DNA of 63,960 nucleotides, filler included, from Phoronis australis (lineage: Eukaryota; Animalia; Phoronida): NCBI GenBank assembly GCA_002633005.1. It is 6 parts of 6 records of this genome, joined end to end, with 100 filler letters (N's around TTAATTAATTAA, not from the genome) between each part and the next. Parts side by side here need not be neighbours in the genome. Positions count along the whole stretch, not along the records: positions 36,475 to 41,080 come from NMRA01002538.1; positions 41,181 to 52,367 come from NMRA01000020.1; positions 52,468 to 60,206 come from NMRA01001985.1; 3 more parts are not named here. One strand, written 5' to 3'. Within the stretch, counting starts at the first letter, position 1. Every line of letters begins with the position of its first letter. The notes beneath the pieces are model-generated. The model made no database searches. It saw only the letters and a program-made list of their open reading frames with translations, and was not told the DNA's origin. The position numbers and the translations under genes are program-made. Shown in pieces: positions 40,250 to 57,189 of the stretch.

Positions 40250-40920
40250 ATGAGTAGTAGTAGTAGTTGTAATGCACTTATTCATGTTAAGACAAAAATT
40301 ACAATCGATACAAGTTAAAGCTTATGGAGACTCCGTGAAGGACCCGAAGGGTCCACTGACCACAGAGTCACCAGAGAAAAAATACAAAGTTAGAGATAAT
40401 CGGAATTACAAAATTAGGTGATAATGTAGTTTAAAACTACATGTAAAAAGACTAGGTTAGCTTATCGAAAATAGCTACACACAAAGCAGTTGGGAACAGT
40501 GCACTCACTCAAGTTCATGACTTTCAAAACGAATTTATAACTGAAGATAACGGATGGGTAAATTTTTTTTTGAGAAACACTTATAGGAGGGTTATTATGA
40601 GTTGACACCGATGAAGTACATTCAATTTCAAAAGCTGTGATCACGGGTGTGTCATCTTTCAAATTTTCTCAGTTTGCGTTATAGATTTTGAAATGTAGAA
40701 TACCCACTTTGTTAGTTTTTCTTGTTACGTGACAACTGACAGTCATTGGCAATAGCGTTATATAGATTTTTGATATAGTTAACACTGAAGAAATGTCGCA
40801 TTATTGCAAACCGATCATACACAAGTTGTCTCGAGTGATTTCTCTTTGAGGTAAATTTCAAGATTGTTTTTGCCTTGATGTAAAATATTTCTTCATTTGA
40901 AATTGTATTTTTATTCATGA
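40250..40920 (-). mobile_element. 3' end of a degenerate non-LTR retrotransposon (L2/CR1-group-like)
   Basis: Minus strand: decayed ORF ending ..LSECTVPNCFVC, short 3' UTR with a long hairpin (40329-40369), AATAAG, then a (CTA)n tail. Clade is inference. Confidence 0.6.
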
Positions 40921-41674
40921 TATTCTGTTAAGCTGACAGCAAGCAGTGCTTGATGCTTAAAGTTTGTCACCAGGTCGCCAAATAAAAGCTGAGATTGGCA
41001 AAAATGCCATTGAAATCGTCGATCAATAGAAAAAAACATCGCGCTGCTCTCAATTCCCGTTGAATTACGCATACCTTTTCNNNNNNNNNNNNNNNNNNNN
41101 NNNNNNNNNNNNNNNNNNNNNNNNTTAATTAATTAANNNNNNNNNNNNNNNNNNNNNNNNNNNNNNNNNNNNNNNNNNNNTGATAGGGCTAGGGCTATCC
41201 TTGGTACAAATCTGTATACTAAATATACTACCCTGGCTGTGTGAATTTCGGGCTCTATTGAAGAAAAACACACAGTGGTACCTAGCTGATACCGCTAGCT
41301 GGCTGGGTACCACTGCAGACTCCCTCGACTCGATCACAACGATTACTATGAAATTGAGTACGTAATTTTCCCACAGGTAATGGTTTCATCTAATTCTAAG
41401 AGTAATAGTTAGACTGTTCAGCTCATACAGGGAGCAATATCGTCATCAAAATGTTCAAGAAACGAATAAATTACCTGGTTAAGGAGAACTTCTCTTCTTC
41501 GGAGCAGTACCGGAAACAGCTGATTAGTTGCCGAAAGGTCAAACTGCACAGCATTATGGGCAACATTCGTTTGTTTTAATCACGCAGATTTTAAGAAAAT
41601 AAAAAATAAAAGAAAAAATATGTACAGGCAGCAGATCGACCCCATACTTACGAAAAGTTCTATTTAAGTGTCAG

Positions 41675-41915
41675 AGAGTATGTTTCGATGGTTTTTATGC
41701 AGATTCACGATGTTTTTAAAACGTCTACAAACGGATCATATGACTTTAAACCTATTGTGTCCCATTGACTGGCATCAGAATGTTGAATGTTGAGCTTAGC
41801 AAGTTTTGATGTGACTTGGGGATCACTGCATAGCAGCAGTAGAGTATGTTTCAATGGTTTTTATGCAGATTCACGATGTTTTTAAAACGTCTACAAACGG
41901 ATCATATGACTTTAA
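41675..41915. repeat. 75-bp direct repeat pair separated by 91 bp
   Basis: 41675-41749 and 41841-41915 differ at one base. Confidence 0.9.
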
Positions 41916-42186
41916 CGACACTTAACAGAAAGAATCAACTATTAGTAGTATTTACATGGGAATTTCCCGCTGTTTCTTTGCTATTTTTATGCCTACTTTT
42001 AAACGGTAATCTGTGACTATTTAATTGATGATTTTCTCCCCTATTTTACAACTCACTCTCTCTCATCAAGTAAGGCTGTTTCGTTGCTACGGTTATTGTT
42101 CGTCTGGAGATTACAATCTCCCAAGGGCACACCTGTTTTTAGACAATGACCATCGTCTTTGATGCTCCGACGCAAATGGCACCAGT

Positions 42187-42355
42187 GCAGGAGCGGGTTC
42201 AAGATTTTTTAAAAAGGGGGGAGGTCGGACCAAGGATTTTTTCAAAAAGTGATGAGCCAAGTCAAGAATTTGAAAATTCTAGATTTATCACTAAAATCAA
42301 GAGAAAAAGGGGAGATCCACACCCCCTTGACCCCCTCCCCCTGGATCCGCCTATG
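42187..42355. mobile_element. Short GC-rich MITE of the GGCGGATC..GATCCGCC type (similar relics at ~44008-44067 and ~58087-58248)
   Basis: caggagcgggttcaag..G-run..C-run..ctggatccgcctatg. Confidence 0.5.
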
Positions 42356-45300
42356 AGTGATTATTGCAGCTGTCACATTGTACTCGGCAAATGCAGAGTA
42401 AAATCCATTATTTTAGCGGGTAACGAAATTGCGATTAAAGTTGGGATTTTACTCGATATGTTGAAATGACGATTAAAATAGTGATCCGTGAAAATGGCGA
42501 TTAACACGTCCATGTAAACTGAGCTCAGCTTATCTAAACATGTCATTTTTCCAGAGAGGAATATATTAATAGGACCAACTCTGTTAGCCACACATTTCAC
42601 CATTGCTTGCAACTCAACTGAGATGGAAGGATCAGAGCCTCTGGAAACGTCAGAACATGATTCCAAACTGTAAAGTCAGAACATGATCCCAAACTCAATA
42701 TTTTTAGAAATTGTTGAATTTAAGAAGACCTCAATCAATAACATAAAAGTACTAAATAAATTTTGTACTGACGCACCCTGGTTCCGACGCAGCTTCAATA
42801 CGCATGCGCTAGCGTCAGAGGTACAGTTTTGAATGATTTTTAACCATTGCCCCCAAAAGAATGTGGCAATGATCCCTCCCATTTCAGAGTAAAAGGTTGT
42901 ATACCCTTCTATTAAAACAGGCACAGCTGGGTTACAGTTTTATGACGGTCACTCAGCATATTAAGTAGGCCTATGCGCATACTACCTTAACTGCGTTTCC
43001 ATGGAATGACTTCGGAATCCCGGAAACATTCCAGGAAAAAATAACGGGATTAATTCCACACATTACAGCGTTCTGTCGCTCAGTAACTTTTCCAGACGTG
43101 AGGGGTGCTGAACGTGCGATAACATCTGGCTCTTTTGTTAACTGCCCAGCTCAGTCTTTTGTCCCGTATGATAACAAGCAGGTCACTGATCTCCCAGGCT
43201 TCAAAGGAAACGTATGGTGGTTGCCATGTCGTGNGCGGCATCCCTTTGATCGTGAGCCGAGTGCGACTCAGCCAAGGTGGATAAATACGGTCTAGTTCAA
43301 TTTTCCATACCCCGCCGTTTACCTTAACCACTGGGGTTAGAACCAATTTTATTTAGTGGGAATGTTCATAGCATGGCACCCTATTACCGAACGCGTATGA
43401 ACACAGTCAAACCTAGTGCGTCCGTTTGGACAGAGGTGATAGATTGTCTTAACTTCTGTTGTAGTTGGGCGATTTTGGTGATTCAAAAGCGGAACATGAT
43501 CAGCATTTGACGAGGAATTCAGAATTGCTATTGGTTTAAGCTCAAATAAGTTATAACTTAACTTTCATTTTTATCAGCCCAGCCCAGTCAGTCCCTAGAT
43601 ACGATCTGATCGGAGATTAGAACAGTTACCGAACAAAAGAGCGCAGGCCCTCCAAACATAAATGCCAGAATGGAGTTAATCAGTCGTGTAAGATATTGGC
43701 TACGGGGGTAAACTTCCCAACTTGTTGTTGGGCTATAGAATCGAACAAGTTGAGCAACGGGATGTCGCTGTCATGAAACGGTCGTTTCCACAAGGGGGAC
43801 AGGAATAACCAGAATTTCGGCACATGTGCGTGCCCAGCCTAAAATGTAGGGATGCAGGGGTCTCAAATTTGTGTTTGTGGACCTTATTTCTAAAAAGAAA
43901 AAACAGTAAACGGGGTTTGTTCAAAGCCCATGCATTGTTTATTCGCCCCCGCTGGATGTGCGCATATAGTCAGTAATTCGCACCCGAGCTCAGTGCCAAA
44001 TGGTATCTGGAAGAATTTTAGGGGGGGGGGGGCATGGCCCCCTTGACGCCCCTAAATCCGTCACTGGTACTCCTAAGTCCAGTAAACAAACCGTGAACGC
44101 ATGCGGCTTTCCCATAAGCGCAGGTTTTTCATTTAGATGTCTTAGTACGCTCTCCAGTCATAGTACTTCTCATTAAAATGACCAATCAACACGTCAGAAA
44201 TGTTCCATTTTAGTATAAACCAAGTTCCACCCACATGGTAGTTACAAACCCGTTCCTCGATTTTCACTCACGTGTTTCGCATATAGGCTCGCGCGCCGGG
44301 GCTTACTTCCGGATCATTTAGCAAAGATTGGAACATCAACATACACGCCAAAGGGCCTAAATTACGTGCATATTTGACAACTACACTTAAACTACAACTG
44401 ATAGAAGTCGCTCAACACCAACCAAATACATGTCATAAATACTTTGGATTCCAACATAAGATAGCTCTGCTCCGATTATATGCCAAGGGAAAGATAGCTC
44501 TCGTTTGAGCAAAAGCGGACAGGCCTAAAAGTAACAACTAATCAATGCATTGTGAGGAAAATTCTTTATTAACGATACAACAATTAATCATTATATTAAA
44601 CACATTTAAAATATATACAAACAATTAAATACACCATGTCAATGTACATTTTATCTAGCTTAAAGCCCACTTTTGACAAAACACTAATTCCCTACACCCC
44701 TCCGATAAAAAAAGAAATGTTTAGAGAAACAGCAGTATATTTAAAAAAAAACTCATTTTCATTTTTGGAATGAAAAAATTCATGTACACAGTTCTGAAAC
44801 AAATGCCTAGTCCAAGACCAAATGTAAGGCCTTGTTGGTGACCTATACGGACCACAAGAGCAGAAAAAGGCGAAGCCCAGGCAAAGCTAGCCAGATGTAT
44901 ATGACTAAACACATGGAATCAATGAACATAAAAAGCATTTAATTGAAGGTTGCTTGTCCAGCTCACCACTACTATAGTAACTCTGCGTCCTTCACCATGA
45001 AAATTACATCAAAATGTAGCATACCTGACCATAACCAACTGGCATTTAAATGACACCTAACTTGTCCATTACCATGGACCGTTTGAAATAAACACAATCT
45101 TATTAACACTACACCCATGAGGGGCCTACATATCATTTGTTGGATTTGGGGTTTGGTAAAGTGACATCTCTCAGGACACGGGTACAACTTCACCGAAGCA
45201 AAAATTACTCAGAATTTTGTTTCACTGGTAATGAAACAGAACTATTACTGGCAATTTGTTGTGAACTGTGCGCAAAGTTGTGGAATTAAAATGGTAGACT

Positions 45301-46524
45301 GAAGAATCGGGGAAAAGAGATCAGTCAACAGATGGCACTCAAAGTGGATGCATATGAGAGGTACACAAATGTAACTGCAGACTACTGGACTATCAACACA
45401 CTATTTTCACACTGTTTACGAAGTTAGTTTACTCCAGGAAGAACATAGTCCTTAAGGCATAAATTCTGTGAAAGATTTTTTGCTCATGTTTTATCCAGAT
45501 CGATCTAAACTCGTTTATTTACACCTATTCTAAGCCCAACGCATGACTGTTTGATTACTAGCGCCACTATTGTCTAAAAACCACAGTAAAATACTTTCAT
45601 TTATGGCAATCTCTTCCAATTTGAGACAGTCAGCTTAATTGATCAAAAGAAAAAAAAAACACTGGAAACTCTCACAACCTCTTAACAGGGGACACTTTCC
45701 TTAAGGAGATTTCTCAATAATTTCAGACAACATTAAGTTACATGTCTTAATGTTTTGTTCAGTCAAAATGAAAAGGTCAACAATGAAGAAGCGCAAAACA
45801 AATGTATTTATCCGCTCAATGAAACAGGCACCGTAACAAGGCCTGGCAGCCATATAGTCCATTACTTATGGACCAAATGGACTCGTCTTATGGACTTCAA
45901 AATGGCACACTACCAAATCATGCCAACTTTTGGGGACAATAAGTAAGTTCAATGCGCGATAAATGAGGAATATTTACTGTAGCTTGTAATGCTATGCACC
46001 ACCACTCAAAGGAAAACACAGATTCGATATTGCTTAAGTTGGCAACATATTGTAGAGATTTAAAGCTGCATTTTGCACCTGTTGAGCTGTCAAAGTCAAA
46101 TTCTTAACCAGAGCACTTTGGGGTTTAAAAATTTACCACAATCATCCGATTCTGAATTATCGCTGAATGAGCCAGCAACTTAACGCTGAATGAGCCAGCA
46201 ACTTGATTCACAAGCAACGTGTATATGCGTCATTTTTGAATCCGTAGTTTTAGGGTTGTCAACGCCAATATATTTGAAGTGTTTTCAGGAGTCGATGATG
46301 TCATGTTCTTGTTGGTGAAAGGAAATAGAGTCCTGCCATAGAAAGGAATATCAATACGTAGCCTGATTTTATGAGTCATAGTTCGATTTTTATTTTAAGT
46401 CATCTAAAGAGGACAAAATGCAGCTTTTAGTGATTGAAATAAAACATCCCAAGCGGCCAAGTCCCCAATTTACAGATAGCTCCACCAAAATTTGCAACTG
46501 TTGTGAAGAATGAGCCCACGTCCA

Positions 46525-50842
<4,318 letters not shown>

Positions 50843-51840
50843 CTGGTGACAGAAAAATATCATCCTAAAGCAGTGAAAGGTGACAAGTTTCTACGTGAAC
50901 ACAATACATCACATCAAACACAGAGGAAATAACTGAGCAAGACTGCACGAACATGACGAGACATCATGTAAGATCAAGCTTTTGTCTAAGAACTGATAGG
51001 AAACTGAAATGGAAATAGATTGCTTTTAACCTAGCAGATGTTTTCAAGCACATATCATGGCCATTCCCGATATAAAAACAGACAGGGTCTCAACTAGGGA
51101 TCCCAGAACAGATTGAAAGGTTAAAGGTTAACACCAGTTAACAATCAATTTCCAGCACATCTCCATTTCCTCTACATTGTGAAGTGTGCATCTCAATATA
51201 ACCTTCAAAAGTGGCACACACCATAACTAGAATAATTCTGGTTTTAATTACCAAAAAATAGATGAAAGAGCAATTGCCCAAAGGCAATGACCAGTGATTC
51301 AGAGGGATCTTTGTATGGTACTAAATTCAGTGTAGGCAACAAGTAACCCCTACTGGTCTGTAACTGGGGCTCCAGTACTCTTCTCCAAGCTACATATGCA
51401 CTTCAGCCTTATGTATTTTAAATGGCAGTAGTCCAGAAGTTTTCACCTCATCAAAAATAAATTTTATACGTATTAATGTGCCATATTTTCTTTAACGATC
51501 CTTTCTGGTTCTAAGCATTTTCTTGTTGTAATCATCAACATCATTCGTCCTCTATCTTTCTGTGGTGTCTTGTGATTTGTCAGTTTTGTGGTTCCCTGGA
51601 TGTTTCTTTTATTTATACTGCTGGCGGATGGGGGGGGGGGGGGGGNGCTGCTGGCAGTCTTTCAGCAGGCAATCAGGGATGAGCACCTCAACTGGGTTTT
51701 ATTGAAACTTGAATAGCTGGGTTTTAACTGGTGAGTACTTCTAGAGACCTAGCTAGTAGGGAGGACAATCAAAAAGTAGGTCACGGTGCTCCATATCTGC
51801 CTACATGTAAAACCCACGTCGGTAAATTAAACGATTTCAG

Positions 51841-52362
51841 ACAATTTTGTGTTATAAATCGTTACCTTAGTCTTTATTTGTTAGTTTGTAATCTTTTTGT
51901 CTCAAATTATCGCTGATAAATCCTTTTTTGTAAGCTTTTTTTAGCGCACGACTTTCCGCCATGCGAACTTTCGAAAAAGTACCTCTTGTTCCTCCTATCC
52001 AAAAGAGCACTATACTCTCAAATACAAACATGAAATTTGGACAGGATGTAGTTTAGATGCGTGAGCATCTCCTCAAGTTGTTTTGTCGAAGTCAAGGCCA
52101 AGTTTTCATGGCGAGTTTTCGATCGTCCGGAAGGCCTAATTTTGGTCGGTCGGGAGATTGATGTTTTTCCAGTTGTGCAATATGCCCCCCAGATTTTTAG
52201 ATGAGGAATTTATCACTCTTTTAATTGGTAATTATTTCATTTTCAGAAATTCTGTCAAACTGCTGCGCATTGGCACTTTTCAAACAGCAGTCGTTAGTTC
52301 ACTAAGTCGCCGCATGTCAGCGCCACCAGCGGCTACGTTGAAGTTCAATGGCATCGCAACTT
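51841..52362 (+). repeat. ~520-bp dispersed repeat, inverted copy at 58485-58994
   Basis: High-identity reverse-complement match with a few substitutions and small indels; both give the ORF text SSLSRRMSAPPAATLKFNGIAT. Confidence 0.9.
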
Positions 52363-54841
52363 CACCGNNNNNNNNNNNNNNNNNNNNNNNNNNNNNNNNN
52401 NNNNNNNNNNNTTAATTAATTAANNNNNNNNNNNNNNNNNNNNNNNNNNNNNNNNNNNNNNNNNNNNACAGTTATTGTGAACATTCCACTTGGTAGTTTC
52501 TAGTTATTCCACTAAGCACTCCATGAAAACAATGTGTAATTGCGAATTGATAATCAAATGATTTCGCAGCGCTTCAGGTACTAATTTTTTTAATCATAAC
52601 TCTAACTATTACTTGTAATGTACACCGTTGAATTTCTGAATCAGGTGTACATCCTGAGATCATGGCAATAAACTGATAGAAAGTCTCCACTGAAGAACAT
52701 TGAAATTTTTGTTCTATCGAGGTTGTTTCATATCTTCTTGAAGCCTGGGATGCAGGAAATTCAGCGTGCTGCGCTAGTCGTGCACCGAAAGACAAGAAAA
52801 AAGGAAGATACGTCCATAAGTATTGCAATTATGAGCAGTTGGAAGAGGTCTATTTGTTGTTTCGAATTTCCAAAATGAAATCTTTTGTAGGGAATTTATT
52901 TTGTTGGGAAACGCACCCTCAGCTTTTGATAGGAATTTTGTGGGAAGAGTGACCTTTCTCATCGGTCGTGTTAAATGTACAGCTTCTATGGGGGTACCTA
53001 CCCCCGACAAAACTCATCAATTCCAACGTTAATTCTTAAATGCTTTGTTAATATCTCGTTGAAAAATTCTCATGTCAGGTTCAATTAACATTGGCTTTGG
53101 AACGAGTTTTGACCGAATTCGTCTGCGTTCAAATTTGTTTTATGGAAATGGAAAGAGTATGTTTAAAGTCACAAAATTTCAAACATCTGAAATTAAAAAG
53201 TGATACCATTTCTTTCTTTTGTTGCAAACCGTTGGTTCGCAACAGTCTCACAAGCCCACCCCGCATGCCCTCGAAATATTTACAACACAAAACTCAGAAA
53301 TTCAGGTATTAAAAAGACATGGAGCGCGGCACGAAAATTCGCCAAGCAAATCCTGACGAAAGTACCATCTCGCAACAGCAATTCACTGTCCCAGTGAGGG
53401 AATTTTCAGAAAAATCACAAAATTCACAATTTTTAAATACGCGCCAAGGAAAAAACCCTGTGGTTACAGATTCTAATCTTCCTCCCACTTACGATAAATG
53501 TGCGCATGCACTCACGGTCAGTTGTTTAAAGTCATTCGAGATCAAAGGTCACAGATACCATATAAGGAAAGTGCTACGTTTATGTCTTGCCATACCATAT
53601 ATAAGGATACGTGCTTTGCCTTGGAGAAAAATCGACGGAGTGGCGAGCAGTGGACAGGTTTATTTGAAACTAAAAGAAAATGCTTCGGTATCTTCAGAAA
53701 ATCAAAAAAACTTTAAACTTCGAAATGTTGCAATTGAAGATGTCATTTCGAAAGAACACAATTTATGATTAAGCTTTAATTGTATTGAAATTCATTTTTT
53801 GTAGTTGCTCAAAATAAATCGGAATTTCACCCCTTTCCAGTTCACTAACAGGTTGTTTTACCTCAAGCTGGTATCATCTACAGTAATACCCTGTAATGCG
53901 TAGTTGGCGGAGTGAAATTAGTAAAAGTGCATAGTTTCTTACAACCTTTATTTGGTCGCAAGGCAACATGCCGCCCAACACGCCTGACTGGCTGGTTAAA
54001 AAGGGAAATTCAAATTAGGCCATTAACTCTTATGAAATCGGGTCTCGTGTAACATCCCTTTCTGTGACAGGATTCTCGGTATTTCGGATATCAACTCAAG
54101 TTACAAGCAATGCGCATGCGCCATTTTCAAATTTGCAAATGTAGGGATGTCCAACCCCAATAAACGTTTTCTTTAGTCGCTGATGGTTTCGATGTTCTTG
54201 TTGGCAATAACGGAAATAGAGTCATGTGACAGCAAGAAACAATTTTGAGAATAAAATGTCGCTTTTCGTTTTCAGCCAACATATGAGAACGAAATGCACC
54301 TATTAACTAAACTGATCTGTTATTCTTGCCCGACACGGAAATGTATTTGCCATATTCTGTATACCGAAGCTATTTGAACGAAAAAATGTTATTTGGTCGT
54401 TTCAGTCACTTAAATTTGAACGGTCACATTTCATAGATTTGCCTGTAATTTATTAAAATAATGAACCTCTTTCTTATTAGACGCCTGTGGTATATATATT
54501 TTGTACTCACTAAATCTTCTTTAGTACTTCAGTACTGCTACTTCTACCTTTCATACTCTGTTTGTCGTATTATCGCAGTTGGTTTGATGCGAAAAAATGA
54601 TAGTTTCGTACCAATAAACTAGCCCTGTCTTTCTACTAAGTAAATCCGTTCACAATGCATTTCAATTGCGTACACACAAATTGGAAACCTGAAACAATAT
54701 TTTTGAGATATTGTTTTTCCATTAACATCAAATGAATTCTGGTCGTGTTTGGCCGGGAAGGTATCTTTGTTTGTTGGTGAATCATACTAAAAAAGACGTG
54801 ATCACGTGACCTAAGCGGTCACTTTTACCCGGCAGTACTCC

Positions 54842-55110
54842 TCATAGACTCACAAGAGAACAATTTTGGATAGATCAGCTTTACACACTTGAACCCAATG
54901 GATTAAACATAAAGACTTCTTAAATTATATCCTTTACTTTTTTCCGCAACAATCTATCATGTTCATTACGCCAAATATCAGATGTCATTTGTCATGTCAT
55001 GTTTGATTTTACATTATTTCTGTTTCTGTTGACGAAGGATGTGATTATATCCGAAAATTTCAGTTGATCCATTATTGTTGTGTTATTTACCTAGTATATT
55101 CTACAACAGA
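54842..55110 (+). mobile_element. 3' stub of a second Penelope-like element with hammerhead-like motif
   Basis: HRLTREQFWIDQLYTLEPNGLNIKTS* (stop 54921-54923) matches the RE.FWI..L.TL.P.GLN C-terminus of Neptune-type PLE GIY-YIG domains; ctg-TTGACGA-A-GGATGT(gatt)ATATCC-GAA-AATT-T-cag at 55026-55063. 3' boundary approximate. Confidence 0.7.
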
Positions 55111-55331
55111 TCAAGTTTGAGTCTAATACTGGAATAAAAACTTACAAAAATTAGCGACGTTGCGTCCGCATCTCACGGACCTCAGCTTGACTTGTGACGT
55201 TATCGTTATTCTGGCCAATTGGTGGCGTTTTGGCCAAACGGCGAGGAATTGACAGCAGTACACCATCCCATATGTGTGATAAATCGAATCTTAAACCGCC
55301 TCTTTTATTTAAAGAAAGACCCTCAATAACT

Positions 55332-56561
55332 CACAGGCGCTTGGGTTTATCGCAAATGACGTCACTCAATAACATATATAAGAAAACATAAAGGTTGGAC
55401 ACTCGAAATCTGTTTGCTCAGAATTTTCTACTCAAATGTGCATGGAACTCCACGAAACTAGCATCGGACAACTCTAATAGTACCTTCTTTCATTTGATCT
55501 CTTCAAATTGCATTCGAGTGGTGATTTGGCGACAAAAATGTCAAAAGAATGCCAAAATCACAAATTCAAGGACTTGATTCCGTGATGTCATGGCAGCATA
55601 GACTATAATCTATGATGGCAGACGGTCTTCGCACATCCGGGTTTTGACCGACGCTCCCGAGCTAAATCCGAAAGTCTAATTTNTTCAAGGACCTGATTCC
55701 GTGATGTCATGGCAGACGGTCTTCGCACATCCGGGTTTTGACCGACGCTCCCGAGCTAACTCCGAACGTCTAATTTCGCGCGGCTTTCACCGTCAATTCA
55801 TCGACTACTTGATCATGAGAAGCAGAGAGCACTTTATTGCCAAATAAATGTAATTACTCACATATTTGTGTCAAATATAAATTATCCTGATACAGTATTG
55901 ATATGCGAAGTTTTTTGTGTACTGTGATTTCTTATGAAGGTTTTATTTTTGGCCAAAACCATTGAGTTAACTCGTCGGCCACGCGCATTGTAATACTTGC
56001 ACGGGCTGCGTTTTCCGGCCGAGTGTGTGTTGTGCTTCAATCAAAAAAGTGCGTGATGTCAAGATGAGAAAGAAGATACGCCACTTTATGCAATAAAATT
56101 CTAAGTTAAGGGCTAAAATGAGCCGTCAGTGGAATAAAGTTACAAATAATCATTAAAATACTAACTTTAACATTCTCAATTAGTTGAGTTTTGGATTAGA
56201 GTTATTGAATTTGAAATATAGGTTGCTTGCTCAAACTTGAAGTTTCACCTACGTCAGGCGTACAAGTTGAAGCACAACAGAAATCCGCCATGTTTATTTC
56301 AGGTCCTTGAATTCAGAGTTTTGAGATTGTTTTGGAAATTCCAACGCCAATTCACCACTCACAAAGACAGTAAATGGGATCTAGGAAAGATAAGGCTTCG
56401 AAGGTTTATGCAACACCAGACTGAGGGAGGTGCACGCAGATATTATTTGGATTTTGGACGGTTGAAGCTGGGAGCCTCGGCTTGGCAAAGTTTAAGTGTC
56501 CAACCTTTATGTTTTCTTATATATATTGTGACGTCATTTGCGATAAACCCAAGCGCCTGTG
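55332..56561. mobile_element. 1.2-kb non-autonomous DNA transposon with ~70-bp TIRs (CAC...GTG ends)
   Basis: cacaggcgcttgggtttatcgcaaatgacgtcac..atatataagaaaacataaaggttggacact vs agtgtccaacctttatgttttcttatatat..gtgacgtcatttgcgataaacccaagcgcctgtg; no TSD recognised. Confidence 0.8.
55597..55614. mobile_element. 18-bp insertion CATAGACTATAATCTATG flanked by 7-bp direct repeat ATGGCAG (transposon footprint)
   Basis: Direct repeat at 55590-55596 and 55615-55621; the adjacent duplicate segment has a single ATGGCAG at 55709-55715. Confidence 0.75.
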
Positions 56562-57189
56562 GGGCCAACAGAGAGGCGATGGTCATTGCCCGACATTGCC
56601 TAAATAAGTTAATGACTTTTGTCAGGCTCACTCAATTTCACATTCGAAAACTGTGCTTTTGAACACTTTAACTAACACAACTTCAGTAAATATCACACCA
56701 AAGACTTAAAAAGAAGCAACTCACTCGAGTTTTAGTTCTCCGATGAAATCCATGGTGAAATTTATCTTTGAAAACGGCTACTCTACTGAATTGTGTACAA
56801 ACGACATCAATTATCGTGTTCTCTCGTTCTCAATGTACTACTGTTGCTAAGTTCTAGAAATAACGCAACTTCACGCATCATACCGTGAGAGTGGTTTATG
56901 AATTCACAGAGTTTTCTTCGTAATCCAATTCATGGATCTATGAGATTGATGGGTCTCTAAAGACAACCACCCAAATGCACCACATCAACAATATTAATAT
57001 GCAAATTGATAAATATTCAAGAAACACTAATATTTACAACCATATACACGAAATTGAATACTTGACCTACATTAGGAACTTGACCCATTTTATCACGTGA
57101 AGAGTTCATGATGCAAATATGCATGGTTTCGTAAACGTTTGTCTGTGTCTGCATTTTGTCTTATTTCGTGCTTATTATTTGTGATAAAT

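Noticed and set aside
43098-43295. YDNKQVTDLPGFKG as an LTR-retrotransposon integrase tail
   Set aside because: Only a few residues match, with no DDE core or LTRs nearby.
53319-53768. 149-aa plus-strand ORF
   Set aside because: No recognisable motif, splice context or compositional sign of coding; length compatible with chance.
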